64,000 nucleotides of DNA from Octopus vulgaris (lineage: Eukaryota): NCBI GenBank assembly GCA_951406725.2, contig OX597837.1:41974001-42038000 (forward strand), in the 5' to 3' direction. This document shows positions 52,071-64,000 of the stretch, piece by piece. How positions within the stretch are numbered: the first letter of the stretch is position 1; every line of letters starts with the position of its first letter. The notes beneath the pieces are model-generated. The model was given only the letters and a program-made list of their open reading frames with translations, did not search any database and was not told the origin of the DNA. The position numbers were made by a program, and so were the translations under genes.

Positions 52071-52340
52071 TACTCTTTTACTTGTTCCAGTCATTTGACT
52101 GCGGCCATGCTGGAGCACCGCCTTTAGTCGAGCAAATCGACCCCGGGACTTATTCTTTGTAAGCCCAGTACTTATTCTATCGGTCTCTCTTGCCAAACCA
52201 CTAAGTGATGGGGATGCAAACACACCAGCATCGGTTGTCAAGCAATGCTAGGGGGACAAACACAGACACACAAACACATATATATAAATATATATATATA
52301 CGTAATAATGAAGGGTGAAATTAATTAATTTGAATATATC

Positions 52341-52410
<70 letters not shown>

Positions 52411-52574
52411 ACGACAGGCTTCTTTCAGTTTCCGTCTACCAAATCTACTCACAAGGCATTGGTCAGCCCGGGGCTATAGCAGGAGACACTTGCCCAAGAT
52501 GCTATGCAGTGGGACTGAACCCGGAACCATGTGGTTGGTCAGCAATTACTTACCACACAGCCACTCCTGCGCCT
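52071..52574 (-). mobile_element. SINE-A, full length, young, inserted into the 118-bp array
   Basis: Reverse match to reference; flanks CATTTCA and ATGTCCAC are contiguous in the array units. Confidence 0.92.
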
Positions 52575-52960
52575 ATGTCCACTTTCCCATGATTGCACAG
52601 GTCAGATGGAATTTCTCGAGGCAGATTTTGCATGACTGGATGCTCTTGCTGTTGCCAACCACTACCATTACCACCACCATCATCATCATTTCATGTCCAC
52701 TTTCCCATGATTGCACAGGTCAGATGGAATTTGTCATGGCAGATTTTGCATGACTGGATGCTCTTGCTGTTGCCAACCACTACCATTACCACCACCATCA
52801 TCATCATTTCATGTCCACTTTTTCATGATTGCACAGGTCAGATGGAATTTCTCGAGGCAGATTTTCCTACGGCTGGACGTGCTTCCTGTCCCCAACCTTC
52901 ACCTGTTTGCAAAGCAAAGTGATAGAGATTTCCCTATAGGCAAGACATGTCTTTTCTGAG
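52575..52960. repeat. Tandem 118-bp amplification of tail module E (units at 52575, 52693, 52811; diverged unit 51975-52070)
   Basis: ATGTCCACTTT(C/T)CCATGATTGCACAGGTCAGATGGAATTT repeated at exactly 118-bp spacing. Confidence 0.9.
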
Positions 52961-53301
52961 TAGATATCAATACTTCACAAATAAATAATACTTTCCTCTC
53001 CTCTTTCTTCTTCTCCCACTCCACTCCACTCCCACCTCTTCCCGTTCTGAAGGTGCTAAAATCTCAAAATACACGCGTCATGTACTACAGGAACAAGGAA
53101 AAGAATATTATTCAAAGGACTGCTTTCTTTCTAAAGAACCAACTGAACAGTGAAAAATATACGCCAATGCTCAACACTCGTTTTCATTATTGTAGGGTCA
53201 GGGGAAAATTTTCAATACATTCTATGAATAAACCATACCATAATACAAAAGGAGAACCTAACGCAAAGGCCATCAAAGATGTCTACTACTACTACTATTA
53301 A

Positions 53302-53348
<47 letters not shown>

Positions 53349-53647
53349 TAACTACTACTGTGGACATCACCACTGCCACCGCCATTCTAAAAGTGCTCCG
53401 GCAGAGAACAATTAACTGAAAAGTAGAGGTGTGAAAAGTCTTTCAGTTCTTTCTCGCATCATCTAGAGACTTTGGAAAGCTATCGGCATCGGCAACATCG
53501 TATAAAAAGAAGACAATGGAAATTTATCGGTGGCTTGGTATATAAAAATGTGTTATAAATAAGTTCTGTATCTGTAAAGTGTCTGCCTTTGCTTTGCTTG
53601 ACATCTTTTGCGAGAAAAGAGAGTTTTGGAGATAGAAAAATAATGCC

Positions 53648-53680
<33 letters not shown>

Positions 53681-54059
53681 AAAAAAAAAAAACCAACCAA
53701 AAAAGTAATAATGATGAATAAGTGTTTCTATCTCTCAACTTTTGATAACAAAAATTGGTAAAATGGATTCTACCGTACAGATGCAGACAAAGGCGCAAGC
53801 ATGAACATGGATGCGTGCACAAGAAAAATACTTATACAGACTTAGTACAAACCAATACACACGACAAGAAGAGACACCCTTGACACACGTGCATACACAT
53901 ACATGCTACACATACATCGTCACACTGCTTCAGCTAAAAGTACAAATGTTACATCATACACACAAACTCACACACAAACTCACACACAACACAGAACTGA
54001 ATACAACTGAAAGTTTTCAAACAGAGATACGATATACCATACACTTATCAACATATATC

Positions 54060-54104
54060 AACAAACATACATATACATATCTGTGTATATACCTGCTTAG
54101 ATAC

Positions 54105-54161
<57 letters not shown>

Positions 54162-54419
54162 CATGTATGTGTGTGTGTATATCTATCTATCTATCTATCT
54201 ATTTATGTATATATATATATAAATGCTTATATACATCTAACTATATATATATGTATGTACATGTATGTGTGTGTGTATATCTATCTATCTATCTTATATA
54301 TATATATATATATATACACATGCTTAGATACATCTATATATATATATGTACATGTATGTGTGTGTGTGTGTGTATCTCTCTATCTATTTATATATATATA
54401 CACACACACACACATATAT

Positions 54420-54454
<35 letters not shown>

Positions 54455-54460
54455 CACATA
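54060..54460. repeat. TA/TG/TATC/CA compound microsatellite
   Basis: Directly visible. Confidence 0.9.
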
Positions 54461-55039
54461 TAGCAAAGTATAATACAAATTAATACAGACCATATACCTA
54501 CTCTAAAAGTAGGAAGACTGAATACCCACCTTCACACATACATACACATATCAAAACACATACACACACGTACACACACACACACACACACACACAAACC
54601 ACCTGTATAAGGAGACTGACTAAAGCACAAATATGGTGGTTTAAGATCATCAAACTATCCACAAGACTAGATTTATTACAGGAGGCGATTAAAAAGAAGT
54701 TCTTGGTGTTAGCAACGGCAGTTTTAAGGTATCATTGTAAGGGATTGAAGTATAATTTTCCGCACCGATATCTCTGAATGATAGGATACAAGTCTATCAT
54801 TAATGTTTTGCTTTTCTTTTCTGGCTTAGACCTTGCTTATTGTTTTGTGTGTGTGTGTGTGTGTGTGAATGAGAGAGAGAGAGAGAAAGAACGAGAGAGG
54901 AGAGACAGAGAGGGAGGGAGAGAGAGAGGAGAGACAGGGAGACAGAGAGGGAGAGAGGGAGAAGGAGAGACAGAAAGAGAGAGAGAATGCCAGCCTGATT
55001 TTGAGGTTTGCGGTATTCAACTTTGCTTTTATATAAATT

Positions 55040-55458
55040 CACACACACACACATATATATACATACTTTTATACATGCACACACACATATATAATCATAC
55101 ATACACACACACATATAATCATACTTACATACATGAACACACACATATATATATATAATTATACATACACATACACATATAATCATACATACATACACAC
55201 ATGCACATACAATCATACATACATACATACACACACATATAATCATACTTACATGAACACACACATATATATAATCATACATACATACACACATATACAT
55301 ACATATATATATATATAATCACACATACATACACACACATACATATATATATATATATAATCACACATACATACACATATATATAATCACACACATACAT
55401 ATATATATATATAATCATACATACATACACACATATATATATATATATAATCACACAT

Positions 55459-55509
<51 letters not shown>

Positions 55510-55580
55510 ACATACATACATACACACATATACATAATCATATTTACATATACACATACATTCACAAACATATATATATA
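55040..55580. repeat. Minisatellite of TATAATCA(T/C)ACA units embedded in CA/TA
   Basis: ATAATCA recurs every 20-40 bp. Confidence 0.85.
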
Positions 55581-56126
55581 TAGACAAAAAGAGAGGGGGG
55601 AAGGGAAAGAGACCTTTTACACATTTTGAACACTGTGATGTTTGCTGGCTTGCTGTATTTACAACTGTGTTACAAGCCCTCTTATAACATCCATTCCTAT
55701 ACTGACACCTTTATAGCATTACACCTTTTACAGCAAGGGGGTCCATAATTGCTTTGAATACGGTGCAGGCATGGTTTTATTTCGTTTTTCAGATGATCTG
55801 TTGATCATGAGGCAAAGATTCAATCACAAATTATTTCCCCATTGTTACATGTCCAAAAATCGAGTAGATAGATATTAATAAAATTACCATATTTCAAACA
55901 ACTTTTATCTTTGGAGACAAAAATTACCAAAAAACAAAAAAAAAAAACAAAAGAAAAAAAATATAGATATAAAAAAAGGGAAAAAATATCTATATTTATA
56001 TGTTTTGATTAGTTTCATCTCCACTAAAAACACTGTGCGTGTGTGTATATGTATGTGTATATATTAATATATATATATATATATATATATATAACATATA
56101 TATATATATATATATATGTCTGTCTG

Positions 56127-56166
<40 letters not shown>

Positions 56167-56168
56167 TG

Positions 56169-56213
<45 letters not shown>

Positions 56214-56488
56214 TTGAGTGGATCTGGTAGGCAGAAAATGAAAGAAAACTGTTGTGTGTGTATGTGTTTGTGTTTGTGTGTTTACCTTGTCTAGACATCA
56301 TGTGAGGGTTGTAAACGAGCATCACTGACATACAAGCAGGGTTGTTTGTTTCCATTCTACCATGGAAAAACGTCTAGCAATGGAAAATATATTACCTTAC
56401 TTCGAAACAGGTGAAGGTTGTCAACAGGAAAATCTGCATCCTCAATATCCCACCAGACTGATGCAAGCATGGAGAAGTGGACATTAAA
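56214..56488 (+). mobile_element. SINE-A body joined to tail E
   Basis: TGAGTGGATCTGGTAGGCAGAAAATGAAAGAA plus (TG)n, then GAAACAGGTGAAGGTTG...GCAAGCATGGAGAAGTGGACATTAAA. Confidence 0.7.
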
Positions 56489-56505
56489 TTAAGGTGTACA
56501 TATAT

Positions 56506-56892
56506 AGACACAGGTGTAGCTGTGTGGTAAGAAGCTTGCTTCCCAACCACATGATTCCAGGTTCAATCCCATTGCATGGTACGTACCTTGGGTAAGTGTC
56601 TTCTACTATAGTCTCAGACCGACCAAAGCCTTGTGAGTGGATTTGGTAGACGGAAACTGAAAGAAGCCCGTCGTATATATGTATGTATATATGTGTGTGT
56701 GTATGTTTGTGGGTCTGTGTTTGTCTCCCACTACCACTTGACAACCGGTGTTGGTGCGTTTGCATTCATGCAACTTAGTGGTTCAGCAAAAGAGACTGAT
56801 AGAATAAGTACAGGCTTAGCAAAATAATTAAGTACTGGTGCCGATTCTTCTAGGCACTACCTCAGCACGGCTACAGTCTAATAACTGAAACA
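56506..56892 (+). mobile_element. SINE-A
   Basis: Match to reference copy. Confidence 0.88.
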
Positions 56893-56902
56893 ATATATAC
56901 AT

Positions 56903-56934
<32 letters not shown>

Positions 56935-57707
56935 TATTAGTGAATTGAAGAAATGGAGTTGAACGAAGATTGAACAGAAATCGTTTTATATATATATATA
57001 TGTATGTATGTATATTTATATTGAAATATGGCAATGCAACAATGAAAGAATATAGGATTTCTGCTATGAGACACCAAATAGGCTTGAAATAGCTATATTA
57101 CGGCTGCTGCAGCACTTGTATTGTCTCGTTATTGGGGCCTGAAGCCAGATGAATGACTCCATAGCAAGAAATAAACACGCTTGAATAAACTGGAATTAAT
57201 AATTCATACAATCCGTGGTCCCTGCTGACATCTTTATATCACTGTAAAGGAATTAAATTCTTTGAAATGAAGAAAATCCTAATTTAAACACAACATTTGA
57301 TATCGGGGGGGGGGGGGGGTTCAGCAATGAATAAGGAATATGATATAATCTCAGAAGCAGAAAGCAAAGAAAAACGCCAAAAAAAAACCCAAAAAACAAA
57401 AACAAAACTTATTCGGTTAACTAGAGAATATGAGAAACCGAGGGGGGGGGGGGATACGAGAAAGATATTTGTCAACAATGTTACGATAATGAGATATATA
57501 TTACTATTACTTTATAGAAGAGAATCATGTGATATAACAATATAACATCACACTATGTGATATTATCATTATACCATGTAAGAGTAATCAATAACCCATG
57601 TTTGGCAATTTATCTCCCTAATGTTCTGATATCATTTTAACAAAGCCAAGTTTTTCCCTAATTTAACTTCGCTAAGCAAAACTCACAGGAGTGAGTGGGA
57701 AATATAT

Positions 57708-57758
<51 letters not shown>

Positions 57759-57981
57759 TGTGTGTGTTTGTGTGTGTGCAAACATAGACACACAAATATA
57801 AATACATTATATATACACATATATATAAAAGCACATGTATACACACACATACATATGTGTGTGTGTGTGTGTGGATGTATGTGTGTGTGTGCATACACAC
57901 ATATATGTATATATGCAAACATATACACACACACAGATATAAATACATTATATATACACAAATATATAAAAGCACATGTAT

Positions 57982-58013
<32 letters not shown>

Positions 58014-58187
58014 GCAAACATATCTATTGATCACTATATGTAATACATACATACGCATATGTGTATATACATAACATACAGATATATATTTATATATACA
58101 TGAATATCTACTTATCTCCATATATAATATATATTCATATGTGTGTGCATGTGTGAGTGTATATACACCCACATACACATATACTGG

Positions 58188-58241
<54 letters not shown>

Positions 58242-58557
58242 GGGTGGGTGTGTATTGTGTATATGCATGTGGGTATACATGTAAACAAACACCCACATAT
58301 ACATACATAGATATATACACACACACACACACACACACATTACATCTAATGTGTCAGTGGGAGCGTGTGCATGCGTGCTGGTTCTGCAGCTCTCCATGCA
58401 CCATGGAATGTGTGCAAGCGTGGCTAGAGAAGTGCACACAAAATGTGATGCATGTGTGGTGTGTGCACTCATGCACGTTTACGTGCAGTCATGCGTGACA
58501 AAGTGTGCATGGTATGGGCGAGAGCGAGAGAGTGTGTATGTGCGTGTGTGTGTAGTA

Positions 58558-58621
<64 letters not shown>

Positions 58622-58793
58622 TGTGTGTACACTGTCATGCATGGGTGGATATGCATGAACATGAGCTACAGAAATCATTTACATTAATGGTAGAAAATAA
58701 CATTTCTGAAAATAAAAGAGGATGAAGAGAACAGAAAATGATTGGGAATGACAGCTGCTAGTTATGAAAATAGACCAAAGTCCAGCAGGATAC

Positions 58794-58825
<32 letters not shown>

Positions 58826-58952
58826 TGAAAGTGCAAGAGGAGGAGGAGGAGGAGATGGAATATGCGGGAGGCGAAAGTGTGATAGAAGGGGGAAGGAGAA
58901 GAGGACAGGGCAGTGGCGAGAGGGAGAGAGTGAGAAAGATGTGACTAAAAAT

Positions 58953-59007
<55 letters not shown>

Positions 59008-60504
59008 TAGGTAGATGGATAGATAGATGGATAGAGAGAGAGAGAGATAGAGAGTGATGGAGAGAGAAAGTAGCTATGAAGGTACACCATCAGGAAGCAT
59101 GGAATAATGGAATAAATTTACAAGAACGGCGGTGAGCTTCATTGCTCTGCTGCTTACAATGATGAAATTGCTGGCAATAACACCACCACTTATAATGATA
59201 ATAATAATAATAATAATAAGAACAACAATAATAGTAATACTAATAATATTAATAATAATAATAATAATGATAATAATAGTAAAAATAATAATGAGGATGA
59301 TAAGTGGAAGAAGGTAGACAGTAGAATCTACGTTAGAAACGAAAGACCCAACAGAAAAGCGAGAAGGAGAAGAAATTATAGAGAGAGTTTCCCTATCAAA
59401 GATGAGAATTAATGGCATACCGGGTGGTTCAAGGATGGGGTCGGAGGATGAAGCGCGCGAGAGAGAGACAGACAGACAGACAGAGGCTGAGAGAGAATAG
59501 TGTTAAAGCTGAAAGAAATTGATTATTTGAAGAGAAATACGACCATTCCGATGAGTTTAAGATTGGATAGCACACATGGATAGATTTCGGAGGGAGAGCA
59601 ATAATGATAGTGATAGCCAACACAAACTGTCAATTTTGTAATTCAATTTTCATCTATCTATTCTGTGGCAGCTTCATGTTTTTCATTATCAGTAGGTTTA
59701 ATATTATATTTCCCCTTTACCTAAATGGATTGTTCCATCTTGTGGTGGAGGGGAAGAACCTGAACTCCTTTCACAGCCAATTTTGGTACAAACTATTTTC
59801 TTTGATTGCCGAAATATTGTACTTTTAGATTTCTTCCCTTTCTTTCGTATCATTATTATTATTAAAGACATGTACAAGAAATAATAAAAATAATAATAAT
59901 GAAGACGATGATGATATTAATGGCTTCAAATCTTGGTACAAGGCCAGCAATTTTGGGGGAATTAAGTCGATTGCATTGACTTTAGTGTTCAACTGGTATT
60001 TATTTGAGCACTGGGGTCGATTATTATTATTATTATTATTATTATTAGTTATTATTATTTAAATGTCTTAGCAGGAGAACAATTTCATATTGTAAGTTCA
60101 TGGCTAATTTTAGTTCCTACCTAGATATTTATTAACTCTATGAATAGAAACACAGGCACACACACGCACATGCACACACTGCCACTCTGTGACACTTTGA
60201 ACAAGCCTCTTCCAATACAGCCCTTGACTACCCAGTTCCGTGAATTTGGTAGCAACTGCGCAGAAGATTGACAAGTGTGTGCATGCATGAGTGTGTGTAT
60301 GCATGTCCTTGTAAACTAATATAAGAATAAAAACAATACAAATAAACAGCTGCATATATGCATGTATACACATTACATACACACAAGCATATACACACAT
60401 GTATACATATATACAGGTGCATAATCTATCTATTTATACACACAAACATATATATAATATCACATTTGTAAAGCCAATGCACTTTATATATATATATATA
60501 TATT

Positions 60505-60873
60505 TCTTTTATTTGTTTCTGTCATTAGATGGCAGCCATACTGGAGCATTTGCCTTGAAGAACTTTAGATGAACTAAGTGATCCCCACCCAGTGCCATTT
60601 TTTTTTGTGTTTTTTTTTTTGAGAAGCCCGGTACTTATTAAGTCAGTCTCTTTAGCCAAACTGCTTAGTTATGGGGACATGAACGTACCAACACATACCA
60701 CACACACACACACATATATGTGTGTGTGACAAGTTTCTTTCAGTTTCTGCCTACCAAATCCACTCATGAATCCTTGGTCAGCCTGAGGCTGTGGTAGAAG
60801 TTACCAGCTCAATGTGCCTTGTAGTGGGACTGAACCTGGAATGGTATGGTTGGGAAGCAAGCTTCTTACCACA

Positions 60874-60874
<1 letters not shown>
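60505..60874 (-). mobile_element. SINE-A, diverged
   Basis: Reverse match to reference copy. Confidence 0.8.
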
Positions 60875-60927
<53 letters not shown>

Positions 60928-60934
60928 ATATATA

Positions 60935-61163
60935 TATTTCTTTATTGCCCACAAGGGGCTAAACACAGAGGGGACAAACAAAGACAGACAAAGGGATTAA
61001 GTCAACTACATCGACCCCAGTGCGTAACTGGTACTTTATTTATCGACCCCGAAAGGATGAAAGGCAAAGTCGACCTCGGCGGAATTTGAACTCGGAACGT
61101 AACGACAGACGAAATACGGCTACGCATTTCACCCGTCGTGCTAGCGTTTCTGCCAGCTCGCCT

Positions 61164-61165
<2 letters not shown>
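60935..61165 (-). mobile_element. SINE-C full length, in (TA)n
   Basis: Matches 16062-16292. Confidence 0.9.
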
Positions 61166-61202
<37 letters not shown>

Positions 61203-61736
61203 TTATGTATATATATATACACACACACATACAGTTGTACATACATATGTCTATGTATACACACACACGCGTATAATAAAATTGTCGATTTGCTTTCACG
61301 AACAATAAAACATAAATTTTATTACGGAATGCGACTTTAATGTTGGAAATACTGTAATGAAACAAGCCATTGAGATCCCAGTAGATATTGATCCGACATT
61401 ATTTCTAGGCTAATTTGTTACTTCCCATATATATAAATATAAACATTATTAGATTTCTAATAAATTCTGACAATGTGAAATTAAAATAATTTCATTCCGT
61501 ATATTCTGATTCAATGATGAGATAGCGATCTGTGCCACTGAACGACGGAAGAAGAATAGTTGTCAAGGAGTCTTGCGGAATACAGTACAGCTAAACCTTT
61601 CGACTGATCAAGGTGGTGGTGATGGTGGTAGTGATGGTGGTGGTGGTGATGGTGGTGGAACAAGATCAAAACACACACACAATTGCCCTCATCAGATAGT
61701 AGTTAAAGTTCATTTCGAGAGACGTACAGACATACA

Positions 61737-62138
61737 TCTTTCTATATAAAAGTGAAGTTGTGTGAGTGTCTGTCTCCTACAATTTAGATTCCTAACTACT
61801 CCCACATTTTGCGGTGCAGTTTAACCAAAACCGGGTATCTTATAGTCGTGATTCATATCGAGCCCTTCTGGGTATTAGCGCGCTTCTACGATGAGTCTAC
61901 AATTTTAAAAAAAATTTACCATAATTTTTTTCCCATTTTAATGCATTTTTCGCTATTATATAAGGGAAGTAACTCTCTAAAAATGTCTACGATGAGTCAA
62001 CGATTTAAAAAAAAATTACCATCATTTTTTCCCCATTTTTAATGCATTTTTTTTGCTATTTTTTGGCTATAACTTTCTAAAAATGCTTATATAGTTATTT
62101 CCCTTACAAACCCGAGCAACGCCGGGCGATACTGCTAG
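61737..62138 (+). mobile_element. Non-autonomous Helitron with internal duplication
   Basis: A|TC...CTAG|T; same 3' end as 49333-49705; TCTACGATGAGTC...AAAAAAATT..CCAT block duplicated. Confidence 0.9.
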
Positions 62139-62259
62139 TTTATATATAAACGTACAGTCGCGAGCCTTCATTTTATTGTTCCTGTTCTTAATGCTATTCT
62201 ATTATCTCTCTTTACAGTATGCTTACTTATGGAATATTTCTTTCCGACAACAGACATAA

Positions 62260-62930
62260 GGTGCAGGCATGGCTGTGTGGCAAGCAACTTGCTCCCCAAC
62301 CACACGATACTGGGTTCAACCCCATTGCATAGCACCTTGGGCAAGTGCCTTCTGCTATAGCCTCGAGCCGACCAAAGCCTTGTAAGTGGATTTGGTAGAC
62401 AGAAACTAAAAGAACCCCATTGGGTATATGTGTGAGTGTCTGTCCGCCACCAACACTTGACAACCGGTGTTGGTGTGTTTGTATCCCTGTAACTTAGTGG
62501 TTCAGCAAAAGAGACTGAAACAATAAGTCCCTGTTGTAAAAAAAATAAAAAGACACACACACACACACATACACACACTACTGGGCTCAATTCATTTGAC
62601 TAAGATCTTACAAAGTGATGCCCCAGCATGGTCACGGTCTAATGACTGAAACAAGATAAGATATAATAAAGACACACAAAAGGGCTGCATCTGTCTTTTT
62701 TTTTTTACCTATGGCATGTGTTCAAATACAATGAGTCCCTAGTATTATCATGGTTTATCTTAGAGGAAAAAGCATGAAACAGACACTTAGCAGTTCGGCA
62801 AAAGAGACCGATAGAATAAGTACTGGGCTTACAAAGAATAAGTCCCGGGGTCGATTTGCTCGACTAAAAGGCAGTGCTCCAGCATGGCCACAGTCAAATG
62901 ACTGAAACAAGTAAAAAAGTAAAAAAAAGT
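62260..62930 (+). mobile_element. SINE-A (62260-62668) and a second SINE-A 3' half (62785-62930)
   Basis: Match to reference copy. Confidence 0.85.
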
Positions 62931-62934
62931 AAGT

Positions 62935-63380
62935 AGTGGCCCCTAAGGCTGGGAAGAGTGATACAACTGATGGATTTTGGTTTACAAGCAGTGACCATAT
63001 CCCTGGTAGCAGCTCTAAGATTGTGTCCATACCCCCTGGTAGTGCCCCTCTGGCACTGAGGAGAGTGATACAGCAGATGTTTTAAGGTCTCATGGCAGTG
63101 ATCATACTGTGATCAAGCTCTGGATCCTGGGGTTGGGAAGAGAGATACAGTTACTTGGTTTAAGGTTTAAAGGTAGTGTCTATATTCCTGGTAGTGACCC
63201 CCTGACACTAAGGAGAGGGATAGAGATGCTTTAAAGTTTCAGGACAGGGATCACACCATGATCAAACTGTGGATCCTGGGGTTGGGAAGAGAGATACAGT
63301 TGATTGGTTTCAGGTTTAAGGGCAGTGTGCCCTAGAATTAGGGAGAGAGATACAATTGATGATTTAAGATCGAAGGGCCA
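62935..63380. repeat. Degenerate tandem repeat, period about 149 bp
   Basis: TGATCAA..T.TGGATCCTGGGGTTGGGAAGAGAGATACAGTT at 63110 and 63259; a GAGAG(N)GATA motif recurs about six times. Confidence 0.75.
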
Positions 63381-63829
63381 ATGTTTACAACACAACCAGT
63401 ATTCTGGGAGTCAGGAGAACCACATAGTTTATGCTTAATTGTGACTGGAAGTCAATGTCTGCAAGAAAATCGGGGAATTCCAGAGTGTTAATGATATGAA
63501 GGAGAAATGATTGGACAAAGGGGTTTGTGTAGAGACTGTGACAGGGGAGATATGGGTGCATCAAGAAGATGTGGGTGGAGCTAGTATGAGACAGGTTGAT
63601 TCAAAGGAAGAGCTGGCTCTTGTAAGAGAGTATCTTGTTCTCTTGGTTTTGTAACTGAGTGAACATGTTTAAAATCTATAGCATTGTAATCTTGAATAAA
63701 ACATCATGGAAATCTCTTCTTATCCCTTAATCCCCCAAATCTGTTCCTCCACATCTACCACCATTAGTTGAGTGTACAGGAGAACCTGTACAAGGTTACT
63801 TGAGCTGCTATGATATAACAACTGAATCT

Positions 63830-64000
63830 GGAAGCACTCCGTCGGTTACGACGACGAGGGTTCCGGTTGATCCGAATCAACGGAACAGCCTGATCGTGAA
63901 ATTAACGTGTAAGTGGCTGAGCACTCCACAGACACGTGCACCCTTAACGTAGTTCTCGGGGATATTCAGCATGACACAGAGAGTGACAAGGCCGGCCCTT
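63830..64000 (-). mobile_element. SINE tail X, continues past the window
   Basis: GCACTCCGTCGGTTACGACGACGAGGGTTCC...GTGACAAGGC. Confidence 0.88.

Noticed and set aside
57750-58020. Local duplication of ATATAAATACATTATATATACA...AAAAGCACATGTATACAC
   Set aside because: Real but an ordinary slippage duplication inside a microsatellite field.

Overview
AT-rich, microsatellite-saturated eukaryotic non-genic or intronic DNA. I recognise the repeat families as those of an Octopus-like cephalopod; this is pattern recognition, not a database result. No host protein-coding gene, tRNA gene, rRNA or CRISPR array can be supported: nearly all listed ORFs are translations of microsatellites or SINEs. The window is a mosaic of modular tRNA-headed SINEs (called SINE-A, B, C and H here), an RTE-tailed element with a 63-bp tandem array (D), 3' fragments of RTE and CR1 LINEs, a decayed Penelope-like (PLE) RT-linker/GIY-YIG fragment, non-autonomous Helitrons and small DNA-transposon MITEs. 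The most interesting signal is a set of about six short sequence families that fold by eye as type I hammerhead ribozymes with palindromic stem III. They mostly sit in (TA)n or (AAT)n tracts, often as head-to-head foldbacks. One recurrent hairpin family has a G3-C8 swapped catalytic core (GUGANCA). All folds and boundaries were determined manually; boundaries are approximate, within about 10-20 bp for old copies.
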